Source: Octopus vulgaris | Lineage: Eukaryota | Reading direction: 5' to 3' | DNA: 64,000 nucleotides | Assembly: GCA_951406725.2 (NCBI GenBank) | Contig: OX597817.1 | Coordinates: forward strand, 60,946,001 to 61,010,000 | Part shown: piece after piece, positions 27,666 to 42,983 of the stretch | Layout of the letters: every line of letters begins with the position of its first letter | Numbering within the stretch: the first letter of the stretch is position 1 | The notes under the pieces: generated by a model | The model's input: only the letters and a program-made list of their open reading frames with translations | What the model was told of the DNA's origin: nothing | The model's database searches: none | Position numbers and translations under genes: made by a program

Positions 27666-28019
27666 TTGTGGTTGTGGTGGTGTTGGTGGTGTTGGTAGTG
27701 GTGAAGACAGTGATTGTAATACATGTTAAGGGAAGTATATACAGTGGATTAAATCAATACCAGTGTTTAATTTATCGGCCCTATGGAGAAGAAATGTGAA
27801 GTTTCCGGCAGTGAATTTGAACTTAGGACGTAGCCAGAAGAAACATAATATGGCAATGCGTTTAGTCCGGTATTACTGCTCTCTGCTGCTCTGATAATCA
27901 TAATAATATCTTACATTGAGACAAAGTGACAAATAATTGACGAAGGAGAACAGAGTCGTAGAATCGCCCCCCCCCCACCACTCCATTCTGCTTACCAAAA
28001 CAAATTAATAACTCATTGA

Positions 28020-28700
28020 CGACGAAGATTTGAGACGAAAAATTAAACAAATGCTTGTGTCAAATGTGACCAATTCCATATCAAAAGAAGAGATAATCTC
28101 TGGTGTGTGCCTTTTTCGTTGGAGGCGGGGGATCAACCTAATGCAGACCTGCATACACTGTTTCTCGATGCTATTCACAATATTCTTAGTAATGTCAGTG
28201 CCGTCCCTCGTAGGGTTGCTATCTTCCGACTCTTTTGTATATAAGATTTTTAGAGTTTTTTGGTTCAGTTTTCGTCTGCATCTATTCTTGTTGTCAGTCT
28301 CCAAGCTACACTTTATCACGGAAATTGTTTCTCTCTTAAGGTCTCATATTCGGCTTATCTCTATTTCTAAATCTTTATATCTGACTAATTTCTCCATTGC
28401 TTTTATTAGGTTGTTGGATGAATTCATTCGCTTTCCCCACCCTTTTTTTTTTCTACTCGGTACTCCATCGTTATGTCTAAGCAGAGATAACATTTGTTCA
28501 AATTTCAAAAGTTATGAACAAAAGTTGTGAAGAAAGAACAGAACTACAAAACATAAACAGAAGACCTCAACCACTACAATATAAAATACTTTTCTGTTAA
28601 TTCAAATGAAATAGAGAAAGTAAGAAACAGATGTTGGAGTTAACTCATCAAAGAACTAGATTTCTTTTCGTGGTCAATTTGTTGAACTCTCTCTGTATAC
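28020..28700 (-). mobile_element. Degraded reverse-transcriptase fragment, probably Penelope-like
   Basis: Minus strand shows KGG (DKG-like motif) upstream of ELVTFD (LVSFD RT motif); multiple frameshifts. Confidence 0.4.
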
Positions 28701-29303
28701 ATTGGCATCTTCAGAATATGGTAATTGACAATATTATTAATTTCAGTGGTTGATTCGCAGATGCATTGGACCATTTGTGCTGATGTTTCACGCTGTTTCT
28801 TATTGTTTTTTTTATGTTATCAGTTCTCCAGGATAAATTTTGCCTTATACACATATATTCTTATTCTTTTTCGTTGTTGTTCACGCCACTCTTAGGAATT
28901 TTTGGCAATGGTTGTGTATATACACATATTTATATTTTTATGTTTGTATATATGTTAGTATAACTGTATATAAATGTAAGGGCGAATTCGTTAAGATCAG
29001 AAGTTTTTCTAAATGAAGTTCTTTTTCAATGGACCGTATTCGCTGAAAGATAAATTTACTCCCCAAAATGGCTCCCTCACAGCAGTTCCTTAGTTCAGAC
29101 ACGACAAAACTGGGCACGAATTCTATATGGCATTTCTTTCAGATTAAGGGCGCTCAGTGGTGTGCTCCATCCATGCCATTTGCAACTGTAAAAGATTTCT
29201 AATATTTGTGCTTCATCATCAAGATTATCATTAGCATCGATCATTATCATCATCATCATAATCGTCGTCGTCATCATCATCATCATCATCATCATAATCG
29301 TCG

Positions 29304-29350
<47 letters not shown>

Positions 29351-29365
29351 GTCATTATTATTATT

Positions 29366-29637
29366 TTATTGTCTCTGCAAGCTTCTTTAGCTGGAGATGT
29401 ACTACGGTGTTAGTTGTTCCCTACCAATGACCTAAGGTAACACCTCTTATTTTTCGAGCACCTTCCTGAGTATTCGAGCGGTTCCAAGCAGTGCTGTTTT
29501 CTGCAAGTGGTCCACCCTTATTGCAGCCCCTATTTGTTCCACGTACTTCTCAAGATTTTTACTCACTGTTCCCAGGTCTCCAACAATTATTGGTGCTACT
29601 ACCACCCTTTTCATCGACCACAACTGCTTAACCTCTT
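29366..29637 (-). mobile_element. 3' terminal fragment of R4/Dong-clade non-LTR retrotransposon
   Basis: Minus strand EVKQLWSMKKVVVAPIIVGDLGTVSKNLEKYVEQIG..LQKTALLGTARILRKVL, then a short UTR ending at AAT/GAT repeats. Confidence 0.85.
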
Positions 29638-29838
29638 GCTCCTCCTCCTCATCATCATCGTTGCTATTGTTATTAATTTGTGATGCTGATTTCTTCTTTT
29701 CTATTCCTTCGCTAAATAGAAAAACGTTTCTTTATTTTATAGAAATCCACCAAATCATAAACACCGTCCATTGCATGTAAATATCTGACTATATTGTCAT
29801 CATCATTATTGTCGTCATCATCATCATCATCATCATCA

Positions 29839-29873
<35 letters not shown>

Positions 29874-29916
29874 GAATTGACCCTGGCTTGTTCTTATTTC
29901 TGCTGGAATTTATGTG

Positions 29917-29954
<38 letters not shown>

Positions 29955-30289
29955 GCAAATTTAATTCTGCAAAAGATGATACTATCTTTGGTTGAATGAC
30001 CAACTGTTTGGGTTTCGGTTCCAGGGCCTACACAATTGAATACATGACACCGATCTCGAAAGAAAAAGAAGGCGATGCTTCCAGGTACGGTTCTATGTTT
30101 TTATTGTGCCGCATGGAAGCTGACTTTGTTAGATAGAAATTTAAAAAAAAAAGTACCTGCAGTAGCAGCAGCAGCAACAGGGGCAACAGCTATTTATCCA
30201 CGGGGTCGATAATGTTGCTTTATCTGTTGTTTTTGTTTTGTCGTTGTGTGGTTATTATTGCTGCTCATATTATCATTGCAGATGTCTTT

Positions 30290-30345
<56 letters not shown>

Positions 30346-30450
30346 TTGCTACTGCTACTGCTGTTGCTGCAAATTGTTACGCACTTTAAAAAAATGGAAA
30401 TTGTTTCTGGTCTTTGATATGAAATAACAATGATAATAATAATAATAATC

Positions 30451-30502
<52 letters not shown>

Positions 30503-30669
30503 TAATAATAATAATAATAATGACGAGAATGATGTTGCTTATTCTGATGCTGATGATTAGTAATAGAAAACAGATAATAACCAAAATAATACATACGAAA
30601 AAGACTTGTTTGGTACGGTGGCCTGTGTGAGCATATATCTATATAAATACATACATACATATATATATA

Positions 30670-30717
<48 letters not shown>

Positions 30718-30720
30718 TTT

Positions 30721-30768
<48 letters not shown>

Positions 30769-30788
30769 TATATATATGTATGTACCTT

Positions 30789-30862
<74 letters not shown>

Positions 30863-31456
30863 TATATATATACATATACATATATATGCATGTATATGTA
30901 TATATGTACATATACATATATATGTGTGTATGTGTATATACATATATATGTGTATGAATATATATATGTATGTATGTGCATATATATATAATTAATATAT
31001 ATGTATGTGGTATGTGTATATAACCCTTAAAGAAACTTACAACTTTGCATGTTTTTTGTGCAGTGTTTTTGTTTTTCTAAACATCTCCCCTAATTCACAA
31101 ATTTATTTTTGTTTTTCAAACAAGTGCAACGTTCTCTACTTCTCCCAGATGCACATAGATTTAACAGAATGATCAGCTCAACCGTTCTTTTCTCAAATCT
31201 TCGATGCCCATCACACAGGCACAGATCACAGAAGCGCACACACAGTCGCATACATATGTTGTTTTGCAAACGGCGAATTTATCAATAAAGCCGCATGCAG
31301 TGGTTGTATTTCGCTTCGCTTTGTGGGATTCATTGGAAATGTTGCAGATGAGTGGCGAAGGATTGAAAATTCAATGTTATTTTAAAAGAGGGAAACACTG
31401 CCAGTGACCAAGTAAAAGAGGGGAACACTGCCAGTGAAGAATGACCAAGTCAAAGT

Positions 31457-31522
<66 letters not shown>

Positions 31523-32448
31523 TGTGTGTGTGAGTGTTTGCCAGAGAGGGGAAGATGCGGTTGAGATAATAGGAGTGTTGTGAGTGTTTGGTACTAGTTT
31601 CGAATGAGATAGTGTGCAACTAGTTTGTCCGAGGGGACAGATCCCTTCGTAGCAGCGACAAAATAAGCAGTGAAGTTGCTTGTGAGAAAAACCACCGCTT
31701 AAGAACCAATGTTGGTTTGTTTACGTGAGCAATAGAATGAGAGCCAGACTTTCAAAAAATCTCGAGGTCGATTTGTTTCGCTCCACCCCACCCCCACCCC
31801 CTCCAAGGCGGTGTCCCAGCATGGTTACAGTTTAATGATTGGAAGTGGAAAATAAAGGATGAAAACTTGCTCTGCCTGAATTTGAACCCAGAAGTTAAAG
31901 AGACCGAGAGAGAGGGAGAGAGAGAGAGAGAGCGTAAGACGAGGCTAAATAAAACACGATGTTTAATTTGAAGAATTAATGGTTGTTGCGACGCCAAAGA
32001 TTTAACACAATCAACAAGTATATTTAAGATCTGCGCAATAGTTTGTTTCTGTAAGACTTATTAGCTTGGAAGCAATATTAAACAATAACTTTGAAAATGA
32101 AACCACGGAGGGGCTCCACCACCACCCGACCGACCGCCACCACTACCATCACCATCATCATCATCGTCATTCTACCCCTCCTCCCCCTCCCCCTCATCAT
32201 TATCAGAAGAAAAGAACTAAAAAGAATCAAATCTAGGTGGTGGGGAAAGCCCCACAACTTCAGCTCAGTGGAAACTCTTATTAAATGGTGTTTAGGATAA
32301 ATGTAGAATTTTCTCTGTGACTAGTTCTCTGTAAACCGTAAATCATTTGATTTGTAATATAAACATAATCAGAAAGATTTCCTCTCCCCTCCATGTTTGC
32401 GTTGCAGGACATACGCGCAGCCGTATCGCTTTCTCCAATATTCCTCTT

Positions 32449-32492
<44 letters not shown>

Positions 32493-32744
32493 CCTCCTCT
32501 CTTTCCGTTCCTCTCTCTGTCTCTCTCTGTTCTTCTCACACTCTTTCAAGTGTTTCTTTTCCTCAATCTTTCATTCTTAATATAATTCGGTTTTCTTTAG
32601 TTGTCGTTGTTGTTGCCGCAGTTATCTTGTCATAAATTGTAAAAATGTCTGAAGTATTATGCTCTCACCAGAAGCATGTTTCGAAAAATAAACAAACGAA
32701 AGCAAAACAACATAATGATAATGATGAGGACAACAGCAATAATA

Positions 32745-32794
<50 letters not shown>

Positions 32795-32795
<1 letters not shown>

Positions 32796-33191
32796 GTCTT
32801 GGTATAAAAGATGGGCTACAGCAAAATTCTGCTCAATACCACAGATTTGCTTGTCAGTTGTTTGACTAACCAGTTGAGCATGTCCCTTAGTGGCTGACGA
32901 TATGCGCATCTCTGATCACGAGCAAGTAGTGGGGGAGCATCATAGCCATGTGTTGAGAGGGATTCTTTGGGGTTTGAATAAGTCACCTCTGGAAACATGG
33001 GTGGTTCTTTCAACATCCTTAAACAACCCTTATTCAGGACCTTTTGAGCGGGATGGGCTACTCAACTGAAGAAAATTCTAACGGGCCCCACCTGCAAGGT
33101 CATGTGCTGTTTATCTTAATAATAATAATAATAATAATAGCTGAATAATACCCCAGTGTCACTTTGATGGCATGCACTGCTCTCTCACTCA
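32795..33191 (+). mobile_element. Probable non-LTR 3' UTR-type repeat embedded in (AAT)n and split by an internal (AAT)n run
   Basis: Unique-complexity block bounded on both sides by (AAT)n, with an internal AAT run at 33118-33148; no ORF recognised. Confidence 0.4.
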
Positions 33192-33222
33192 ATAATAATA
33201 ATAATAATAATAATAATCATCA

Positions 33223-33416
33223 TCCTTTCTACTATAGGCGCAAGGCCTGAAATTTTACGGGAGGGGTCTAGTCGATCACATCGACCCCAGTGTGGCACTG
33301 CTACTTAATTTAGTGACCCCGAAAGGATGAAAGGCAAAGTTGACCAGAGCGGAATTTGAACTTGGAACGTAGTGACGGACGAAATACTCCTAAGCATTCT
33401 GCCAGCTAGTCGCCTC
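33223..33416 (-). mobile_element. SINE family B
   Basis: Reverse complement of the 11132-11330 type, including tail GGCCTTGCGCCTATAGTAGAAAG. Confidence 0.85.
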
Positions 33417-34321
33417 AACAACAACAACAACAATAATGAATCCTTACTACTACAGGCACAAGGCTTGGGTAACGGTTTCAAATCTGGGCTCCAGACGTTG
33501 GCATTGCTGGTAATTTAGAAGCTTGTTTTGCAGGTCAAGTGTCCTTTTTTATAGACTCGAACCGCTGACCAATGTCTTGAGAGTGAGTGAATTTGAAACT
33601 GCGTGGTACCCCATCGTATATATTACGGATGTGTGTGTATCTATGTTTATATTTGTCCACCCCACCAGTGCTTATCTGCTTTGACGGCCGCTGTTGGATT
33701 CTTTTCGTTCCCGTTACGTAGCGGTTCGATAAAAGAGACCAGTAGGATAAAGCTCCATGCGTAAGAGATAAATATCAGAGCCTATTTGTTCGACTAAACA
33801 CTTCAAGGCATTCTTCAGCATCACTGCGGTCCAATTTCTAAAACAAGACGCAAGATAATGAATCCCTAATGGCAAGCTGGCCACTAAGGGTAATTCGAGG
33901 GAAATCCCACATAAAATGTCCCTTATTACTCTTTTTGGGGCACCGGAAGAGCCCTCTTTCAGTTTTTTTGTTTTTTTTTTCTACTTTCCTACTTAAAAAA
34001 CTATTCTACTAAATAACAACCACAACACACTCTATGCAGGCTGAAAATGGCTTCTTGATGACATTTTTACATATATTTGTGGGGATTTTAAAAAATATTT
34101 TATTTCTCATTTTTACCGTCTTGAATTTATTTTTCCCTGTGTGTGAATTAATTTTGTATGTTTTGGATTTATTTTTCTTAAATTCCTTTTTCTGATGCCG
34201 CCGTTTGTTTGCGAGAAACAAACATGGCGGTGGAGACAGTGAGCGTCGACGGGTCGTAATGCGAGTGCTTGGAAACTTTGAAAAAGATGGATTGCCGTGA
34301 TTGTAGCAACAAAGAGCGCTA

Positions 34322-34356
<35 letters not shown>

Positions 34357-34434
34357 ACCAATAATGATGATAATGATGATTATTATGATAATGATAGTAG
34401 TATTAATAGAAGGAGTTATAGTAGTAGTAACATC

Positions 34435-34478
<44 letters not shown>

Positions 34479-35170
34479 CAACAACAACAACAAAACGATG
34501 ACGACGATGATGATGATGATAACTCAGTAAATAGATATGAGAACAAAACAAACCACCACCAAGAAAAAAAAAAAAGAATATAAAAAAACTATCCCTGCCA
34601 AAGCGTGTTGTTTTCTTCTATCCAGTAAGACAGTTTTAATGTTTTCATGCTGTTAAAAGCATGCTATCATAGTCAGAACAAAACTTAGAAGGTAAATCGA
34701 AAAAAGATGTTGGAAATATTTGAGAACAAATAGACATAACCATAATCATTTCTCTGATTATGACTGCATCTGCTCCTCTACCTCACAAAACACACACACA
34801 CATACACACACACACACCTTCTCTATCTATCTATGTGTATGTGTGTATATATATATGTGTTTCTGTGGTGTTGGTGTAATTATATAGACATGTGTATGTG
34901 GATCATCCGTGATAATAGCAAGTGGGTGGGAACAAGGCGTTCATTTATCTACAGAAAAATGTATCTACCTATGTTTGGATTTATATATATGTGTGTGTGT
35001 GTGTGTGTTTGTGCGTGTATATATATATATATAAAATATTAAAATATGATATATATATTATATATATAATATAATATATATATATAACATATATATAACA
35101 TGTATGTATATATATATATAACATATATATAACATGTATGTATATATATATATAACATATATATAACATG

Positions 35171-35215
<45 letters not shown>

Positions 35216-36319
35216 CACGCACGCACATGTATGTATGTATACATGTGTATATATGAGTGTCTTTACATACACACAGACAGCATAATTAGCCTTTAGAAAT
35301 ACATGCTATTTATACGTAGCAAACTCGTTCTACTAAGCTCACACACATACATGTATATGTATGTGCGTGAGTGTATATACATGCATGCACGTATGCATAA
35401 ATACATATTACACACATACACACACATGCACATACATCTGTGTATATCCACAAGCACACAATACTTATGCTGTTCATCATATTTGTAGCTGACATATTAA
35501 CAATTTCTACTGAAAACTTTGTTGCCTGACATGCTCAGCGCTTTCCCTAATTGTTTTAATTACATTTACTCGTATTACTGTCACTTCTGATTATATTTAT
35601 ACATGATTATAGTTATATACATATATATGTGTGTATGTGTGTAAATCTCTCTTTCTTTCATTCTCATTCTCTCTCTCTTTCTCTCTCAATCTACGTGTAT
35701 ACTTGGGTTACCTTGGATCTCAAAAGAATTAGTGCATGAAGCATCGGTTATACCACTTAGACAAACTACAATGAAATCACACCTTCATAACAACAATGGA
35801 TGCTATAGTTGCATTTGTACCCCTTAAATCCTTTTGAACAGGGAAAATATCATCTCTTTCTGTCAATCTCTAGCACTCCTCCCCCTCTCTCTCTCTTTCC
35901 TCTTTCAATTTGATTAGAAAATTCGGGAAACAAGGACACAATCCGGCTTCTGTAACTTAAACTATTTTGGTCGACCAGCTTCTTACTCATTACGTAACTG
36001 CGGAGTTTGTGCATCAGAAAAGCTGAGTTGTTTTCTAAGAGTCGTCATAAACGATTCTTTCTTCGGGAGAATTTCCAGCTCGCTAAAACCTACGTGCTAA
36101 GCAATTCATATTCCATAAATTATCGATTATAAAATATACGAACAGACAGACAGCCTTGAAATCTCTGAAAACGAGAAAACGGTGTTTCATTCTTTACTAC
36201 TTGCAAATAGTTTCGTTTCTTCTTGCCTTTTCAATCTGTCTTTCCAACTCAGCACTATCAGAGTTTAGCTGCTAAATGTTTACATCAATTCAACATTAGC
36301 TTTAACTTCTCTCTCTCTG

Positions 36320-36356
<37 letters not shown>

Positions 36357-38227
36357 ATAAGATCCAAGGATCAAGGTGTAAGAAGAAAGCTTCTAGTAAA
36401 CAATAGTAAATATAAAAAAAACAACTTTCAGGGACAAGAGTGGTTTATTGAGATGGAAGGTTGTGGATTTTTTTTTTTTTTTATTAAAGTACGATAAATT
36501 GAAATGTTCTTTTTTATATTTTACGGTAGGCAACCAGGGTTACCGGGTATGTGAATATGAATACAAGAGTTAAAGAATGGAGTAAATAAGATCCGGGTAA
36601 AATATGTTTCATAGCGAACGGAACCTCGGAAGTGGTAAATATCCAAGCGAGGTGTATATGGCAGGCTACTCGTCAGGTCAAGGGTATCTTGGTTGAATGA
36701 AAGTTTACTTTGTCGCAAAGAGGTATATGCTAACACAGGGAAAATTCTATCTGATTGAATCTTCCGTGTGTTAACATGTACCTCCTTCACACCGTGGGTT
36801 AATCCTCAAGCTAAAGATATCTTCATTAAATGAAAGTTTACATAACCGAAAAATTAAAAATCAATCATAGGATTTGAAATTAGCATATCTTTTTTTCTTG
36901 GAAAATATAACCATTACACTGTAGCATATCGCTTATTTAATTTTAGAATTCGTCGCGGGGAAAAAATTACCAACTTTATATTGAGTTAGGACTCTTCTCG
37001 GAAGGGTTTGAGAACTCAGCATGTTGCGAATGGGAACAAGTTAAACCACAACGATTTCCTGGGAATTCCCGCCCACAGCCACGTTATGTTCATGGAAATC
37101 ATTGTAAGGTAGAGAAAACATACCGGACATTTTCTAAAAAAATAAATGTGTGAGGTGGGGAGTATGTGGCTTTCATATATATCCTGTCTGGTTTTATTAG
37201 TGATGTAAGGGATAAGAATTAATCAGATTCAACCGGAAATCAGAACTGCCCTCCCGGACGTTTGTCATTTGGCATCTATGGCGTCGGTAAATTAAAGTTG
37301 AACAGCTTCATAGTTACAGTTTTGTTCTTAGTTTCCTTTACGTCACTTCCGCTTTTCAAGTTTTGTTTGATGTATTTCGTCATTTACGATACTATTTGTG
37401 ATATTTCTGGAGATGGCATAAGACTAACTGTTTGGGAAAGAGCCGATTAGAAGCCGTGAGCTGGCCGGATCGTTAGCACGTCGGACAAAAATGTTTAGAG
37501 GTATTTCTTCCAGCATCACGCTCTGTGTTCAAATCCAGCCCATTTTCGGGGTTGATAACATGACATATCAATCAATGCAATAGATCACTTTTTCTGCTAA
37601 GCATAGCAGCTAAATAAGCTAAATATCTTTTAAATAGAATTCTAGTGCCTTTAAAAATGAAGGAGCATTCATTATATAACGTAGTTCTAAATATACTGTT
37701 TATAGTCGTGGTTGGAACACTTCCAGACATTTGTCTGTTTGAACAGGATCCACCAGCGGTTAAATGACACCAAATTCTATGTATTATAGCGTCTTCGTAA
37801 GAATGAAGTTTATTTTCTTCAGGGCTCTCACGACCCCACCAGTAATCGTCTTTATTCAGATTTGTACAAGAACCTCTCCCCGCTCTCTCTCTCTCTCTCT
37901 CTCCCTCTCTCTCTTTCTCTGCTCACGCACACATACACACTCACACATGCACGCACGCACACACACACATGCATGCATGGATGCATTGTTTACATCACAA
38001 AAAACTATAAACTTCGACTGAAGTGAAATAACACGTTTTTAAACTTTTTAATTTGAACTAGATAAAGATACGTTAATAGAGTCTAAATACTGGGCGAGCA
38101 GCCTTCGAATTTTTCTATCCAAAGGGTCTTCATAACCCCATAATGAAACGTTATTTATAGTTTTATCTACTTCGAGTTTCATCGATAAAAAGAAAAAACG
38201 AATTATATATGTGTAGGCGTGTGTGTT

Positions 38228-38278
<51 letters not shown>

Positions 38279-38381
38279 GTATATATATATATAATAGAAA
38301 TATGTTATATATATTCATGTAAGTGTATGTATGAATATACGTAGGTTTACATTAACGTAAATGTGTGCATCAATCTATGTA

Positions 38382-38416
<35 letters not shown>

Positions 38417-38692
38417 GTCTCTCTCTTTCTCTTTCTTTCACTAGTTGTTTTCATATGAATCTATTCCTCTCTCACTCTATTTCCCTCTTTAATTCTAGTA
38501 ACCAAAGTACTACTACTATTACTACTACTACTACTACTACTGCTGCTGCTGCTGTCACAGGTAGCAGTAGTGTCCCTCATAACTTTGCTTCAGTAATGAA
38601 AATAAGTGTACTGCGATAAATTCTTAATGGTAACCACAGCAACACCATAATATATGCTGTTTGATCAACCTCTCTCTTTCCTACACTCGCTT

Positions 38693-38740
<48 letters not shown>

Positions 38741-41700
38741 GAAGTAGTAGTAATGGTAGTGGTGGTGTTAAAATGTGTGTAAAGTAGCAGATTAATTAAT
38801 CCTTAAAACATAATTAATGACATTCGATAATCATTGTTATTATTGATTATAATCATCGCCGCCGTCACCACCACCATAATCATCACCACCACCACCACCA
38901 TCGTCATCATTCTTATGGTTCAAGGTTTATTGTACAAGGTCGTATTCGTTTGCAGATGTTATTAGCTATAACGGCATGGTGACTAGGAACACGGTGGAAT
39001 CAGTTATGAGCCAAAGAGGCCTACGGAACCAGCTTGCCACCGCCAACAGGTCCAGTTAGAATTAGAGTCTTTCGTCATAAGCCATGGGCACTCTTTACTG
39101 ATGATAACCACTGTGTTGAAACGAAGGGTTACCATTAATATATTCCAATTCAGAAACTTTTAGCTGCTTATTTCTGTCTATCGCGTTTCCATCGAAACAA
39201 TCCAGCGACCCCTTAGACTCGTAGTCTTCGTACACCCCGCTTCCTCACATATAATTTTGGGATGCTGTGTATTTTTCGGGGATTTGTAAGATATGTAATT
39301 CTATCCAAGATTCCTATCAAAACTTTTCACTCCCAAGAGAAAGAATTTTCATAAATCAGAAAGGTGCGGATGGCAAATATAGAAGAAGCTGCGCTTATTC
39401 GTCTCCTTATCTCTCTCCCTGTTTCTCTCTCTTTCTCTCCCCCTCTCTCTTGCTCTTTTTCTTAGCCATTCGTGCACACACACACGCACACACGCATATG
39501 TATGCATGCATGTGTGTGTGTGTGTATTTTTGTGTCTATGAGTGTTTTCTCGCTCAGGTTGAAATTATCAATCAATGGTGAGGCATTATATGAGTGTGTG
39601 TATAAGTACGTATATGTGTGTGTGTTTACAAAGATATAGTGGGAGATAGAGAAAGAGAGAGAGGGAGGCGTGTGAGGAACATGTGCCTTGACGATTTCAA
39701 TTTCTATACATTTATAATTTTAGCTTTTTTTCTTAATTTTCATGCATTATGTATTAATTGTAGATTTACTGTTTCGTAGAAATGTGTCCACCAATGTCTG
39801 TCTAGGTTTGTGCATGTATTTACTTTGGCTTGTGCACGGCTTGGGTCCCATAATAATGAATTTACTTAAAATACGAGCAACAAACTAACCCCAATATAAT
39901 GACAATGGATTGGAATTAAACGAAAACCTGTTTCGTGTTCTTGGCTTAGCTCGGTTAATTAATAGGGTGCTATTGATTTATTGCTTAACTGATTAAAGCA
40001 TCGATGACGTAGCTAGAGACTGCAAGGCACTCTATCTTGTTGTTGTTGTCGCGGTCGTTGTCGTCGTTAATAAGATCGCAACATCTCTTCCCGCACGAAT
40101 CGTAAGTTTAGCAATGTTCTCCTTCGAAACATTTTTTTCCTGCTACCTAAAAGGTAGCTCTTTAACCTATAAACGGTCTAGATCCGGCCTATCACACCTG
40201 CTCGGCAATGTCATTTTAAATATAAAGAAACACTTCATTGAAATCTCGAAGCTACGCGGTAATGCTTGATCAATGCAAAATGATGTAAAGAAATAAACAT
40301 TTGACAGAGGGCGCTCTGAACGCTGAAAGCTTCATTTATCTACGCCGATGGCATCGCTAAAGTATAAGGAATATCCCTAGAATATCTGGCATATCTGCAA
40401 TTCTACAAAAAGGCCGAGGGGACATCATTAGGAAGAGGTAGACTATTTAGTTTCCAGGGCGTATATGTGACCCACATCACATTCCCCCGCCCCGCCTGAA
40501 TGGGACCCCGATTTGAAACCGTTAATTCTGTTGTTGGTTTTGTTTCTAGCAAAGTTACAAATTTGGAGGAAGGAGCTGAATGAATTACATCGTCCTCAGT
40601 ATTTCACAGGGAGTTTATTGTATCGACCCCTAAAATAGACACTGCTCATTTGGCTTAACCGAGATTTGAAACCAGAATGTAAAGATTTAGCAGAAATACC
40701 GCAAAGCATTTATGTCTGATGTAAATTCATCTTGTGCTAGGACGAATGTTGATGGCGCGGGTGTAGACCCAGTATGAACAACAACATTTCTCGAGATATG
40801 GACTGCATGAGTTATTGACTCATCACCCGGCGACTCATGAGTGGTTATACCACATTTCAGTGTTCGTCATTAGTATTTATTTCATCGTGAGCAAAGAGAT
40901 GAAAGGTAAATTCAGTCTCCAAAAGATAGACTCAGAATATGAAACAAAGACCTCGTTAAATGTCTTTGTTAATCTGTCGCGTTTCTGATCTATCTTCCTT
41001 GGTGCCACTGGCTCTGAGAAAGGCTTAACGAAGTAGATCTATTCCAAAATCGTTTTAGTGTTTTAACAGAGGCAAACAATGCCGGGATTTAGTCAGCAAT
41101 TATCATTAGCGTACTTGCTAATATGTTAATGATATAATAATTGTCGTTGCTAACAATGATAATAATCATAGATAAGCTGGTGGTTGTGGTGGAGATGGAC
41201 GTTGATTCGTTCAATGGCAATTATGAATGAATGGAAGATAATAGAGAAAGGACAAAAAGAAGAGTGAGAGCAAAAAAGCTAACAGTGGACATGTCACGAT
41301 CATCAAAATCGAAAATAGACGGAGGTTGAAATTGCTTGCTATTAAAATCATTGCAGTTGATGATGAAGATGACAACGGCGATGATGATGGCATTGGCGCC
41401 AGCGATAATTGCACTGAGTTACCTGCAATTAACACTCTCCTTTGCCAATGACACCTTTTCCTGTACAGGTGCATCTTTTCTGACGACATCCAATGAAATC
41501 CCATTGTAAGACGACTGCGCAACTCACGTTCGCTCACATCTCATCAACTACACATGCATGTCTGCCATCATATAAGCAGCTATAATTACACATATGTGTA
41601 TATGCATATGTGTGTGTGTGTGTGTGTGTGTGTATACTCATATATATGTATGCAGCCACACATGCAATCAATCAATTATTATCACTCGTTCGATCGAGTT

Positions 41701-41856
41701 TCGAAAACGTCAGATGAGTTCGGTAAAGCGAGGCGCACTTCAGCTTGTAACGAGTTATTAACATAAACAACTGTCTATTATATATTTACTCCATATTTTA
41801 TAGAATTCTGATCCGTTCATTGGATTGTGTCACTTGTGTGTGTGTGTATGTATATA

Positions 41857-41892
<36 letters not shown>

Positions 41893-41918
41893 TGTATGTA
41901 TGTATGTATGTATGTATG

Positions 41919-41960
<42 letters not shown>

Positions 41961-42168
41961 AATATATAAATATTGTGTGTATATTATATATGTGTTTGTC
42001 GATAGACAGGACAGACAGGATAGACAGGACAGACATAGATAACGTGTGTAGGCGAGTATTGCCCACTCCATTTAGTCCGTTCGTGTACATCCTTCGCCTC
42101 AGTGACTTTCACTATACTTTATGCAAAAATGAAATTTGAATCCTTGAACTTTAAACGTACCGAAACTA

Positions 42169-42510
42169 TAACAGAAAGGTACAGGTGTCAGTCCATTACG
42201 GCCGTTTCCAACGACTCTTTTAATCGATTAATCCGTTTTCATCAGTTGAGTGCAAAATAACGTCATTCGATATTCAAAATAAAGGACATTCAGAATGATT
42301 TAGCATATTAATAGTTTAAAATAACAGAAGCAATATAAATGTTTTTGCTGCGTAGATTTTAAACTATGTCAAACCATTCTGAATGTCTTTTATTTTGAAG
42401 TTCATGAATTCATCTGACGAAAACGCTTTCTTCACAAAAATGTAATATTTTCATTTATCAATTAAAGAAGTCGTGGGAAACGGCCGTAATGGAGTGATAC
42501 CTTTCTGTTA
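42169..42510. mobile_element. Near-fully palindromic MITE flanked by TA
   Basis: TA-ACAGAAAGGT..TCCATTACGGCCGTTTCC pairs with GGAAACGGCCGTAATGGA..ACCTTTCTGT-TA. Inner arms TTCAAAATAAAGGACATTCAGAATG / CATTCTGAATGTCTTTTATTTTGAA. Confidence 0.9.
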
Positions 42511-42941
42511 CTCATATTTTATTCACCTAGCCCAGAATCTGGCCTTCGTAAATATTATGGACAGTATATTTAATATAATATAAAGTACATGTCTGAATAT
42601 CTAAGAGGGGATTTCTTCCCTCAGCTGGGTCTAACTGTTTACATACACTGCAATAATATCATTCGGCTGCTACTTATGTAACAAGTTTGATATTTACATA
42701 ATATTGTTGTGTGTGTATATTATACCAAACTAGCAAGGTGCCTCAAGTTAAGTACCTAATTCATCTGAATCTTAATTATGTGTGTGTACACTCACATATG
42801 CATATTTATGTGAATACGAGTGCGTGTGTTCACATGGGAATTTTAATGTAAAGGCACAGCATGTGTACTCTTGTTTGCTTAGTCTTCTAAATCGATATAT
42901 TCGTTTTTGCAAACAAACATAACTGACGTGTTGGCATATTC

Positions 42942-42983
<42 letters not shown>

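Noticed and set aside
31384-31452. Short direct repeats (also 35080-35180) as CRISPR-like array
   Set aside because: Simple tandem duplications without unique spacers, in eukaryotic DNA.
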